From: a virus
Taxonomy: Duplodnaviria; Caudoviricetes
Reading direction: 5' to 3' (one strand)
IMG/VR virus record: IMGVR_UViG_3300002026_000008
Span: 1 to 64,000 of that record
DNA length: 64,000 nucleotides
The position numbers were made by a program, and so were the translations under genes. Of this stretch, positions 16,619 through 25,722 are shown in pieces; the first letter of the stretch is position 1, and each line of letters begins with the position of its first letter. The notes below the pieces were generated by a model. That model was not told where the DNA came from. It worked only from the letters and a program-made list of their open reading frames with translations, and made no database searches.

Positions 16619-17750
16619 AATGTTCCTAATTATTACAACTTTCATTGCAGCTTTTTCAGTAGAACTACTGGGTACTTATGTATCCGTAATAGGTCTCAGT
16701 AGTTTTTTAGGTAAAGATTTGGTTATAATGGCGTTTGCCGTTGCATTAGATATTGGCAAACTCATTGTTATCACAATCTTATATAAGTTTTGGACTAAAT
16801 TACCATTTCTTCTTAGAGCTTATATGTTGCCCGCTGCTGCAGTTACGATGATCATTACTTCTGTAGGGGCTTTTGGATATCTATCTGCGGCCTTTCAGAA
16901 TGCTATTGCACCTACAAAACAGAGTAATATACAAGTAGTTGCATTACAAGATGAACGTGGTAGATTGCAAACACGTAAGGAAAGTATTGACAATCAAATC
17001 GCAAAACTGCCAGAAAACAGTGTTACTGGTAGAACCCGATTAATAAAGCAATTTAAAGATGAACAGACCACTATTACGAATAGATTATTTGAAATAGATA
17101 AAACACTACCTGAATTACAAGCACAGAATGCTAATGTTGAAGCGCACGCCGGGCCGATCATGTATATGGCAAAAGCATTTAATATTACCGTTGAAGAATC
17201 AGTTAAATGGATTATTTTGCTTATAATTTCAGTGTTTGATCCACTTGCCGTAACATTGGTACTATGTGGTAATTTTTTAACAGATCAACGTCAAAAGAGA
17301 TTAGCACATGTTGCTAAAGAAAAAGTAGTTACCGAAAGTGTTGTTCTTGATCTTGAAAAAACTGCAACTACTACAGAAGAATTAGCACAAGAAGTTGTTA
17401 TAGTTGAACCTATAGTTGAACCTATAGTTGAACCTAAAAAAAGAACACCAAAGAAAAAGGTAGTAGTTCCTGAACCTGTCATTGAACCTGTCATTGAACC
17501 TGTCATTGAACCTGTCATTGAACCTGTAGTTAAAAAACCAAAAATTCGAAAAGCCAAACAGTCTAAGATATTACCTGAACGTACTTTAGATGAGTTATTA
17601 AAAGCTTCTGCACCATCAACTGAAATCGTAGAAGTAAATCTGCCATCAGCAGATGATTTTGATAGTGTGTTAAATAAGACTCGTGATATTCCAGGCTCTG
17701 AGATATCATTCGAAGATATAAATTCTTCTAGCGCCTATAAACATTATTGA
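16596..17750 (+). CDS. Membrane protein: 3 TM, coiled coil, TM, EP/K-rich tail (start probably ATG near 16620)
   Basis: Hydrophobic helices; FDPLAV; VEPI and EPVI repeats. Confidence 0.75.
   Translation: MRKFYRHKMFLIITTFIAAFSVELLGTYVSVIGLSSFLGKDLVIMAFAVALDIGKLIVITILYKFWTKLPFLLRAYMLPAAAVTMIITSVGAFGYLSAAFQNAIAPTKQSNIQVVALQDERGRLQTRKESIDNQIAKLPENSVTGRTRLIKQFKDEQTTITNRLFEIDKTLPELQAQNANVEAHAGPIMYMAKAFNITVEESVKWIILLIISVFDPLAVTLVLCGNFLTDQRQKRLAHVAKEKVVTESVVLDLEKTATTTEELAQEVVIVEPIVEPIVEPKKRTPKKKVVVPEPVIEPVIEPVIEPVIEPVVKKPKIRKAKQSKILPERTLDELLKASAPSTEIVEVNLPSADDFDSVLNKTRDIPGSEISFEDINSSSAYKHY
17400..17527 (+). repeat. Two in-frame 12-bp tandem arrays: ATAGTTGAACCT x3 and GAACCTGTCATT x4.7
   Basis: 17400-17435 and 17472-17527. 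Confidence 0.9.
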
Positions 17751-17758
17751 TATTTTGA

Positions 17759-17787
17759 TTTACTTTCAAATTCAGTTGTGATACAAT
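17759..17787 (+). promoter_or_regulatory. sigma70-like promoter
   Basis: TTTACT-N17-TACAAT with TG. Confidence 0.7.
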
Positions 17788-17820
17788 ATCATATTAACGC
17801 TGATAAGTTTGGAGAAGTGA

Positions 17821-18750
17821 ATGTCAAAACGCCTCACACGGCTTTGGGTAGAGAAGTATCGCCCTGCCACCTTAGCTTCATATCTGTTTCAAAATCCGCA
17901 GCATAAGCAACAATTTGAAAAAATGGTTGCTGAGAAAGAAATACCACATATTCTTTTGTCAGGTGTTCAAGGTACAGGTAAGACAACCATGTCACTTGCA
18001 CTCGTAAATGAGCTAGGTATCGATGATAATGATGTAATGCTTATTAAGGCATCAGAAGAAACTGGTGTTGATGCGATGCGTGATAAGATTAAAAGTTTTG
18101 CACAATCATATGCACTTAGTGCTTTTAAAATAGTGCGATTAGAGGAGATGGATTTTCTCACTCCAAATGCGCAGGGAGCTCTCCGTACCGTAATGGAAGA
18201 TTATTCTGATAATTGCCGGTTTATTGGCACGTGTAATTATGAGAATAAAATTATGCCAGCAGTTAAGTCGAGATTCCAACACTTTCATTTTAAAGCTCCT
18301 GATAAGAATGAACTAACCGTTCACATTGCAGAAATTCTTGCTGAAGAAGGTGTAGAATTTGATCTCGATACGCTTGATAAAATTGTAACCATTGGTTATC
18401 CCGATATCCGTTATACCATCAATTTAGCACAGCAACATTCAGTGAATAAGACATTGACTATCGCAGAAGCTGCCACAACTACGGATTGGCGTTTTGGTGT
18501 AATTGACTTTTTAACTAAAGGCGATTTTAAAACTGTTCGTAAACTCGTATGTGAAAATGCATCACGTGAAGAGTTTGAGGACCTGTATAGATTTCTCTAT
18601 CAGAATCTTACGAAGATTAAAGGTTTTGATCAAGCAAAACAAGATGCAGCAACTATTATTATTGCTAACTATTTGTATCGCCATAGTCTTGTTGCAGACC
18701 CCGAACTCAATTTTGCTGCTTGTCTCATAGAGCTTTCTCAACTAATCTAA
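17821..18750 (+). CDS. Clamp loader large subunit (gp44/RFC-like AAA+)
   Basis: WVEKYRP, GVQGTGKT, EEMDFL, NCRF, KSRF. Confidence 0.92.
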   Translation: MSKRLTRLWVEKYRPATLASYLFQNPQHKQQFEKMVAEKEIPHILLSGVQGTGKTTMSLALVNELGIDDNDVMLIKASEETGVDAMRDKIKSFAQSYALSAFKIVRLEEMDFLTPNAQGALRTVMEDYSDNCRFIGTCNYENKIMPAVKSRFQHFHFKAPDKNELTVHIAEILAEEGVEFDLDTLDKIVTIGYPDIRYTINLAQQHSVNKTLTIAEAATTTDWRFGVIDFLTKGDFKTVRKLVCENASREEFEDLYRFLYQNLTKIKGFDQAKQDAATIIIANYLYRHSLVADPELNFAACLIELSQLI

Positions 18751-18764
18751 CAGGGAGTATTACC

Positions 18765-18932
18765 ATGATTGAACCAAACTATAAACAGGTTTTGGAAGCT
18801 CTTATTGATCTTTATCAGGCAACAACGAACATGGTAGAACGAATTGGTGAACATGATCAATATGTCAAGGAAGCATTGACTGAAGCTGAGCGTATTATGG
18901 ATCAATTAAGGGAGATCGGTTCTTTAGTATGA
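18765..18932 (+). CDS. hypothetical protein (start ATG 18765)
   Basis: GGGAG RBS. Confidence 0.55.
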   Translation: MIEPNYKQVLEALIDLYQATTNMVERIGEHDQYVKEALTEAERIMDQLREIGSLV

Positions 18933-19396
18933 TTGATAAAAAGTTTCAACTAGATATCTTTGGACTAATGTCAAGAATTGACACAGGAGAACGAGATATA
19001 TGGGGTACACTAACAGAAGATGAACAAAAAGGGTTTTCAGCTCTCATTGTTATGAAGTGGATGTCTGGATGCCAAGATTTTCGTCAGATCATTTACCTGA
19101 ACGAATTTGTGAATTATGTGGTATTTCAATTTGGTAAGCATCCAGAATTATTACTTAGCTTGTTAGGTGTTTCAAGTAGCAAAACACCAAAACGTTATAG
19201 TTGGGTTGCATCAAAGAATGGCAAAAAGAATAAGAATGACAAAAAACTAAAAGTGTTGTGTGACTATTACGAGTATAGCACTCGTGAAGCAAAAGCAGTA
19301 CTGCATTTAATATCGGATAGCGAAATACTGGAATATGCAGAAGCATTAGGTTATCAGAAAGATGAAATAGCGCTTTTGAAGAAGGAATTCATTTAA
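18929..19396 (+). CDS. Clamp loader small subunit (gp62-like)
   Basis: Size, position after gp44; KWMS...NEF...HP...LL; LCDYYEYSTREA. Confidence 0.65.
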   Translation: MIDKKFQLDIFGLMSRIDTGERDIWGTLTEDEQKGFSALIVMKWMSGCQDFRQIIYLNEFVNYVVFQFGKHPELLLSLLGVSSSKTPKRYSWVASKNGKKNKNDKKLKVLCDYYEYSTREAKAVLHLISDSEILEYAEALGYQKDEIALLKKEFI

Positions 19397-20136
19397 TGAA
19401 TGTTGATCAATTAAAAAAGGCTACCTCACATCGACGAACTGATCCGTCATCTAAAACGACATCTGTTACAGGATGGCATTGCAGTTTCTGTAAAAAAACG
19501 TTTAAATACGAAACAAGATTTATGGAGCATTTTTGTGCCCCACGTGAAAAGATGGATAAATTAAAATCAGTTCTTGGACAATCGGCATATGCTTTTTACG
19601 CAGATTGGATGAGAGCAAAGAAACATACCGTGCCAAATATTGACACCTTTTCTAATTCTCGATATTTTAATTCATTTTACCGATTTGCTGAGCATGTGGT
19701 AAAATTGGATATTGCACACCCCGATGTGTTTCTATCGGAGATGACAGCAAGAGAATTATCACCGACTATTTGGACGCGTGATGCATGCTATGCACTGTAT
19801 CTGAAAAAGTTAGAAAATGGAACTGATCCATTAGTGCTTGTGCAAAACAGTGTAGAATTTTTGATACGAATGTCAGAAGCGGCAGAGGTACCACTTAATC
19901 AAATATTTTCATTGCTATCATCAAATGAAATTGGTGCATTGATACGTAAACACGAATTGACACCTTGGTTATTATTTGCAGCAGAGACATTTAAAAAACG
20001 ATTACTTGAACTCGACGTAACGGATAGATCAGAATTATTGAAAGTGATTAGCATATCATATTGGACTGATAAGTTCGAATCTCATAAAAAATTAATGGAT
20101 GATATTCGGGCTCTCACGAAAGATATCGGGTTATGA
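19396..20136 (+). CDS. Zn-finger-containing hypothetical protein
   Basis: CSFCKKTFKYETRFMEHFC. Confidence 0.7.
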   Translation: MNVDQLKKATSHRRTDPSSKTTSVTGWHCSFCKKTFKYETRFMEHFCAPREKMDKLKSVLGQSAYAFYADWMRAKKHTVPNIDTFSNSRYFNSFYRFAEHVVKLDIAHPDVFLSEMTARELSPTIWTRDACYALYLKKLENGTDPLVLVQNSVEFLIRMSEAAEVPLNQIFSLLSSNEIGALIRKHELTPWLLFAAETFKKRLLELDVTDRSELLKVISISYWTDKFESHKKLMDDIRALTKDIGL

Positions 20137-20357
20137 CATCACAATATGAAAAATTCAAAGCATTATCAGATGAAGACCTAGATGCATCTATCGAATTTTG
20201 GACAAGCTTGATGCAAATGTTACATGGAAATGCTATATTATATGAATATGGATTAGCACCAAAGTTAATCCAGGATATGCAAAACTATGATGACTATGAT
20301 GAGTTTTTGGTAAGATATAATACAGCAGTTTTATTGGGTACTTTACGTAAAGGTTAG
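20133..20357 (+). CDS. hypothetical protein
   Basis: ATGA coupling. Confidence 0.6.
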   Translation: MTSQYEKFKALSDEDLDASIEFWTSLMQMLHGNAILYEYGLAPKLIQDMQNYDDYDEFLVRYNTAVLLGTLRKG

Positions 20358-20366
20358 GAGAAATAT

Positions 20367-20549
20367 ATGGCAAAGATTTTAAGTTTTGAACAGTGGAGTG
20401 AACGTTATACGAATTCGGTGTCATCAGAAATTCGTGACTCGTTAATGACACTTCATGGTGTAAATGCTGATAGTGATATCGGTACGATTTTGCAGCAGGA
20501 ATACGATATGTATGTTGCAAATCGTAAATTAGCTGGTGATACGCCTTAA
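20367..20549 (+). CDS. hypothetical protein
   Basis: AGGAG RBS. Confidence 0.6.
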   Translation: MAKILSFEQWSERYTNSVSSEIRDSLMTLHGVNADSDIGTILQQEYDMYVANRKLAGDTP

Positions 20550-20561
20550 AAGAAATAAACC

Positions 20562-21146
20562 GTGGATATTGATATCGACCTCAAGCCAGACTTTGAACTC
20601 AGTAGTGCTTTTCCGTTATGGAAACGTGCTGCTGTTTTCAAAAACAGTCAATTAACGCCGCATCCGTGTGGTGCATATCCACAGGATATCGGTCAGGACC
20701 CTATTACAAAATTGGCTGCTATTCCGTACAGCATAGCAGAAGATTTAGGCTTTATGAAGCTGGATTTTTTGCACTTGAACGTGTATAAGCATTTTTCATC
20801 ACATGATGAAGTATGTCAATTAGTTAATCTTGAACCGAATTGGTCGCTGTTATTGATACCAAGTGTAGTAGAAAAATTGTTTCAATTAAGTAGACATGGT
20901 GATGTGTTAGCAAGAGTTAAGCCTAAGTCTGTTGATGAATTAGCAGATGTGATAGCATTAATTAGACCGGGTAAAAGATCATTGCTTGATGCTTATCTAA
21001 TTAATAAAGAAACGACTAAACGGATTCTGTATACAAAAGGATCAGGCGAATATGCATTTAAGCGTAGTCACGCCTGTGCTTACAGTATGGTAATTATTCT
21101 GCAGCTTCATTTAATTGAAGCGGGAATGCCTCTTGATGAGTTATAA
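20562..21146 (+). CDS. DnaE (Pol III alpha)-like fragment 2, catalytic palm
   Basis: DIDID, HPCG, GFMKLDFL, ALIRPG, YAFKRSHACAY. Confidence 0.85.
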   Translation: MDIDIDLKPDFELSSAFPLWKRAAVFKNSQLTPHPCGAYPQDIGQDPITKLAAIPYSIAEDLGFMKLDFLHLNVYKHFSSHDEVCQLVNLEPNWSLLLIPSVVEKLFQLSRHGDVLARVKPKSVDELADVIALIRPGKRSLLDAYLINKETTKRILYTKGSGEYAFKRSHACAYSMVIILQLHLIEAGMPLDEL

Positions 21147-21173
21147 TTGTAATCAAACGGTAAAACGATAAAT

Positions 21174-21386
21174 ATGTTTCTAACCATCATTACATTGAGG
21201 TGCATTATGAATTCAGCAAAGCATATTGTTACTTACGATCAAGGTATTTTAATTAAGCAAAACGGTGAATATGTCCCATATGCTGAGATGGAACTGCAAA
21301 GAAAGAAAATCACCTGGCAAAATAGACTTGAACAGATGCTTCAAGGTTGCCCATCCATGTTAGAAATAATTAGAGGTAAAATTTAG
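21174..21386 (+). CDS. hypothetical protein (start probably ATG 21207)
   Basis: GATAAATA box at 21167-21174, GAGG RBS. Confidence 0.55.
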   Translation: MFLTIITLRCIMNSAKHIVTYDQGILIKQNGEYVPYAEMELQRKKITWQNRLEQMLQGCPSMLEIIRGKI

Positions 21387-21415
21387 TTTACATTGAAGTC
21401 AATTGATGATATAAT
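21387..21415 (+). promoter_or_regulatory. sigma70-like promoter
   Basis: TTTACA-N17-TATAAT with TG. Confidence 0.78.
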
Positions 21416-21519
21416 TAAAAATCATCAATAAAAGGACTTTATCGTATTAGAAGAAATTCTGATACTGTATCATATATTGTAAGTAAAACATCTCAAATAT
21501 TATAACGACGGAAATCATA

Positions 21520-22575
21520 ATGCAAAAATTATTTTCATGCATGTTCGGTTCCAGACTTTATGGAACCCAAACACCAACGTCTGATGTTGACTGGAAACAC
21601 ATCGTTCTTCCTGATCTTGATAGCTTGCTGCTTTGCAAGAAGATCGAGAACAAGGTCAAGAAGACAAATACTGCGATGAACACTCGCAATGGTGCAGATG
21701 ATGTTGATGAAGAATTCATCCCTCTGCAAGTGTTTGCAAAGCACTTCGTCGAAGGACAAACGTACGCTATCGAGTTGGCATTTTCGATCAATGGCAATCA
21801 TGCAAATCAAACATTTTATGGTTGGAATGATGATGTTGATAGAAAGAATCTTCTGTTCTATAAGTTCGTTAAAGAGATGCGTGAAAAGTTCTTGACATCT
21901 AACATCAAGGCGATGATGGGTTACGTCGTTAATCAAGCATCTCTGTACTCGTTCAAAGGTGAACGACTGAATGCTACTCGTGCTCTAAATACTTTGATCA
22001 CTGAAGTTGATTTGTATTACAAGTCCGATGATGCAACGCTTTCTATCATTGATGATGCACCGCACTGGGTTCCATACGTCGACCAACTTGCTGCTAAATA
22101 TCCAAAGTACTTCAGACGTGATGTGTACGACATCGGCGGTGGAAGAATGAAGCCTTGCTTGATCATTCTCGAGAAGACGCTTCCGTACACAAACACTCTT
22201 GTCCAGACATTGAAAGTTCTTGATGCACTGGAAAAGAAGTACGGATCAAGAGCAGATCAAGCTTCTGAACACAACGTTGACTGGAAAGCAACGATGCATG
22301 CGCTTCGGATTGTGAATGAAGGTCTCGATCTTCTTTCTACGAAGAAGCTATCATTCCCGTTTCAGCCTGAGTATGTGAACTATCTGCTGTCAGTGAAACG
22401 TGGTGAACTTCCACTTGATCCAATCAAGGCTGATCTTGCAAACAAGCTTGATCAACTGAAAGAACTTGAATTGAAGACTGACCTTCCTGTTTGCGACGAA
22501 GCTTTCAAGAAGGACTTTGATAAATGGCTTGCAGTTAAGCTTCGTGAATTCTATAGCCTCAGAAAATCAATTTAA
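21520..22575 (+). CDS. Pol-beta superfamily nucleotidyltransferase (RlaP/PF10127-like)
   Basis: FGSRLYG...SDVD; DWKATMHALR; LLSVKRGE. Confidence 0.85.
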   Translation: MQKLFSCMFGSRLYGTQTPTSDVDWKHIVLPDLDSLLLCKKIENKVKKTNTAMNTRNGADDVDEEFIPLQVFAKHFVEGQTYAIELAFSINGNHANQTFYGWNDDVDRKNLLFYKFVKEMREKFLTSNIKAMMGYVVNQASLYSFKGERLNATRALNTLITEVDLYYKSDDATLSIIDDAPHWVPYVDQLAAKYPKYFRRDVYDIGGGRMKPCLIILEKTLPYTNTLVQTLKVLDALEKKYGSRADQASEHNVDWKATMHALRIVNEGLDLLSTKKLSFPFQPEYVNYLLSVKRGELPLDPIKADLANKLDQLKELELKTDLPVCDEAFKKDFDKWLAVKLREFYSLRKSI

Positions 22576-22583
22576 AGGTTATT

Positions 22584-23225
22584 ATGCAAAATCCTATTTT
22601 CTCACAAAGTTTTTTGGTTTATGCTTTAGGCGTTACAAGATTGCGGAATCTAACAAGTATGTATTTTGACGCCTCTAGATATTACCATAACTATAATCAT
22701 ATCGAGGAAATGTTAGTTGTGGCAGATGAATATGGTATTCAATTAACGGATGCACAGTATTTAGCTATTCTGTTCCACGATATCATTTACATTCCAGGTT
22801 TTGCACATAATGAAGCGGCATCTGCACAATTTATGCGCAATGAATGTGTAGGTAGAATTAATGATGATATTGTAGAAACTGCTCACAATATGATTATGCT
22901 AACAGTAAATCATAAAGCACAAAGCAGTTCATTTCAAGTAACAGAAGAAATGTTAGAATTTATGGATTTAGATTTGTATCGTTTAGGATCCTGTTATAAT
23001 ACTTTTCTAGCACACACTTTGAGAGTGTTCTATGAATATCGTCCTATTATTCAATATGCAAAACCTACATATGGACCAAAACGAAATTTTGCTGAGTTTG
23101 TTTCTGCACGTAAACAGTTTCTAACTGAATTCATTAAGAGAAACAACATCTTTTTATCACAAAAACTTGCGAGTCTTAATAGTCAAGCATTCGAAAATAT
23201 TCAAAAATACATAGCTGAGGAATAA
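22584..23225 (+). CDS. HD-domain phosphohydrolase
   Basis: RYYHNYNH...LFHDIIY...DLDL. Confidence 0.85.
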   Translation: MQNPIFSQSFLVYALGVTRLRNLTSMYFDASRYYHNYNHIEEMLVVADEYGIQLTDAQYLAILFHDIIYIPGFAHNEAASAQFMRNECVGRINDDIVETAHNMIMLTVNHKAQSSSFQVTEEMLEFMDLDLYRLGSCYNTFLAHTLRVFYEYRPIIQYAKPTYGPKRNFAEFVSARKQFLTEFIKRNNIFLSQKLASLNSQAFENIQKYIAEE

Positions 23226-23226
23226 A

Positions 23227-23403
23227 ATGCCATTGTTTCAATATAAATGTTTAGTCTGTCTTAATAAGACAGAAAAGATTCACAAGTATGATGAGCAACC
23301 TGTAGTAATATGTCAAGATTGTGGTGATACTATGGAGAAACAGATCAGTGCTCCAGCAGGTTTTGTGTTAAAAGGTGCAGGATTTTACAAAAACGGTGCA
23401 TAA
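23227..23403 (+). CDS. FmdB-family Zn-ribbon protein, 58 aa (not in ORF track)
   Basis: MPLFQYKCLVC...CQDCG...FVLKGAGFYKN. Confidence 0.85.
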   Translation: MPLFQYKCLVCLNKTEKIHKYDEQPVVICQDCGDTMEKQISAPAGFVLKGAGFYKNGA

Positions 23404-23411
23404 AGGAGAAG

Positions 23412-23909
23412 GTGATGAGTATTAAATTAGGATTAGCAGTTGAAGATATTGTATCCGGTTTTAAGGGACTTGTAGTTCAAAAATATGAACATATTTCAGG
23501 TATGGATCAATATGCCGTCCAGCCCAAAATAAAAGGTGATAAATTTCCAGAAGCGATGTTTATCGATGAGATTACGCTGAAAGTTACAGGTAAGGGTATT
23601 TCAGAATTGACGATACCTGCCGAAAAAGCAATGTTTGAACTCGGCGTTGAAGTTAAGGAATTAGCATCAGGACAGATCGGTATTGCAACTAATCGTTGCA
23701 CATACTTAAATGGTTGCATTACTTATGGCATTACAGTGAAAAGTAATGATAACAAAAATCCAGATGTGTTTTTCATTAACCAACATAGATTGGAAAAAGT
23801 TAGCGATGGCATTTTACCATCTATTGAAAATGTTAAAGTAAAACAAAAAGCACAGGGTGATTTGCCTGGTGGCCCTAACGTTTCAACAAGCTTAACGAAA
23901 GCAAGATAA
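23412..23909 (+). CDS. Hypothetical protein made of two tandem SH3-like units
   Basis: LGLAVEDIVSGFKG... and LGVEVKELASGQIG... Confidence 0.7.
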   Translation: MMSIKLGLAVEDIVSGFKGLVVQKYEHISGMDQYAVQPKIKGDKFPEAMFIDEITLKVTGKGISELTIPAEKAMFELGVEVKELASGQIGIATNRCTYLNGCITYGITVKSNDNKNPDVFFINQHRLEKVSDGILPSIENVKVKQKAQGDLPGGPNVSTSLTKAR

Positions 23910-23914
23910 AACAT

Positions 23915-23937
23915 CAGGGAGTCGTAATGACTCCCTG
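23915..23937. terminator. Bidirectional terminator between convergent blocks
   Basis: CAGGGAGTC-GTAAT-GACTCCCTG. Confidence 0.8.
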
Positions 23938-23941
23938 TTGT

Positions 23942-24373
23942 TTACATTGAAGATTTTCTCAGAATAACTTCAATACCCTGTGGTACTGGAACGACGCGTC
24001 TGCGTCTTACCTTAGGTCTTCGATCTACATCATAGGTAAATGGCATACCTTTAATACGTACAACATTATTGATATCATAAGTACGTAAAATCCCTTGAAC
24101 TCTTTGTGTCAAACCTAAACGAGCTAGCTCATAAGAGAATGGGTTGTGACCCGACGATTTGTAATACCAGATATTAGCAATGCTGAGTAACCATGGAATA
24201 GAGATTCCTTGCTGTTCAGCAAAGTCTAGTACATACGCAGTTACCTCAGTGTTATTGATGTTGTCAATAATGCCGAGATAGTTTTCGCGCTTGTGCTCAA
24301 TAAGACTCAAATACAACACATTTGCCTGTGTTTGAGATATTTCTAAAGCAAGCGGTGGTATTTTCTTCTTCAT
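23942..24373 (-). CDS. hypothetical protein
   Basis: 143 aa, GGAG RBS. Confidence 0.7.
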   Translation of the reverse strand: MKKKIPPLALEISQTQANVLYLSLIEHKRENYLGIIDNINNTEVTAYVLDFAEQQGISIPWLLSIANIWYYKSSGHNPFSYELARLGLTQRVQGILRTYDINNVVRIKGMPFTYDVDRRPKVRRRRVVPVPQGIEVILRKSSM

Positions 24374-24493
24374 TTTGTTACTCCAACAAATATAGCTCTA
24401 CCGATTAACCATCCTAAATCTAACACCATAGTAAAATTTACCTGTTGGCTTATGTTTCAATAAGTATACGTATGGTATTTTCTTCTTTGCCAT
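24370..24493 (-). pseudogene. Internally deleted GIY-YIG homing endonuclease remnant
   Basis: MAKKKIPYVYLLKHKPTGKFYYGVR joined out of frame to LDLGWLIGR. Confidence 0.7.
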
Positions 24494-24530
24494 TGTACTT
24501 CCTATATGGTGTTATGATTACTTTTATTTA

Positions 24531-25370
24531 TTAGGCCACGGGACCTAATACTGAACCAGATACAGACCAACTAATATTGCTATTACCAGTAATAGCATAA
24601 CCTGCGGCGCCGCCTACGCCATTGCCGGCGCCAGAACTACCATTATATATGGTGCCGCCAGTACCAGGCATACCTAAATTACCACCGCTACCACCATTAG
24701 GCGGCCAAGCGACTCCGCCGGTTGTTAATGTGCCTGATGGTTGATATACATATCCATTTGGTCCATTACCTGCTGCGCCGCCTCCGCCACCGCCGCCGCC
24801 GATAACACCATTGTTAATGATGGTTAATGGAACTCTAGCAATTACTGCAGGTCCACCGGCAGTACCAGAACCACCAGGTTGACCGGTATTATTACCAGAA
24901 TTACCCCATCTACCTTCACCTGGAGTATAGCCTGCTCCGCCAGCTCCACCAGTACCGAAATATTGATTACCACCAATACCACCGGTACCACCTGCTCCGA
25001 CAATATAATAGTTGTTTACTAACGTGAGTGATGACCCATTAGGGAAAGATGTTCCAGTGTCAAGAGCATATGCACTTGTGGTAGTAGAACCAATAATCAC
25101 TCCACTATTCACGGTGTAAGTTGCTATTAACGGTAAAACACCATCCCATCCTGCAGCCAATGCTATCGTTCTCAAATTTTGATTAGTTGTAGTAGCACTA
25201 AAAACGTAATTAAGATTAAAAGCACGCGTCCAAATAGGTCTCCAACCAAGACCTGATACGTTAACATATGCATTAGAAACCTGATGCCAGACGCCGCCGA
25301 CATTGACCTTCGGTCCTGTTACAGCAGGGCTTTGATGCCATACACCGCCGATATTAGTAAATATAGGCAT
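24531..25370 (-). CDS. Gly-rich tail-fibre adhesin, gp38-like (start ATG 25370)
   Basis: MPIFT..GGVWHQ; IINNGVIGGGGGGGG glycine-rich motifs. Confidence 0.75.
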   Translation of the reverse strand: MPIFTNIGGVWHQSPAVTGPKVNVGGVWHQVSNAYVNVSGLGWRPIWTRAFNLNYVFSATTTNQNLRTIALAAGWDGVLPLIATYTVNSGVIIGSTTTSAYALDTGTSFPNGSSLTLVNNYYIVGAGGTGGIGGNQYFGTGGAGGAGYTPGEGRWGNSGNNTGQPGGSGTAGGPAVIARVPLTIINNGVIGGGGGGGGAAGNGPNGYVYQPSGTLTTGGVAWPPNGGSGGNLGMPGTGGTIYNGSSGAGNGVGGAAGYAITGNSNISWSVSGSVLGPVA

Positions 25371-25371
25371 A

Positions 25372-25704
25372 TCAGATATATTGTAGCCAAATGTCACCAG
25401 GATTACCACCTGATGGACCGCCAGTTGATACAAATATCTTTGGTCCGCTGCCTGTTGATTTACTATCTAAACCATAAGAGTTAGCAGCCACGTGAGCAGT
25501 GTTTGCTGCTTTAGTTGAATTATCATTTGCTAATGCAGTTGGAACATTGACAGTTCCTGTCAATGTTGGATTATTAATAGGAGCTTTCACAAGTCCTACA
25601 TCATCAATATATTTTTTAATGCCGGCCGGCGTTGTTTCGACACTCAATGAAGTCGAAACACTCGGGATGTCGATAACATCTGAATTTGCTTTTGTTAATG
25701 CCAT
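25372..25704 (-). CDS. Mini-fibre/adaptor protein, copy 2
   Basis: MALTKA...FTG/LTG-type fibre repeat...PSGGNPGDIWLQY. Confidence 0.65.
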   Translation of the reverse strand: MALTKANSDVIDIPSVSTSLSVETTPAGIKKYIDDVGLVKAPINNPTLTGTVNVPTALANDNSTKAANTAHVAANSYGLDSKSTGSGPKIFVSTGGPSGGNPGDIWLQYI

Positions 25705-25722
25705 TTCAGTTCCTTTAAACTA

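Noticed and set aside
21535-21936. Antisense ORFs over the NTase, and 56526-57467 over topo II
   Set aside because: These are shadow frames caused by biased codon usage in well-supported opposite-strand genes.
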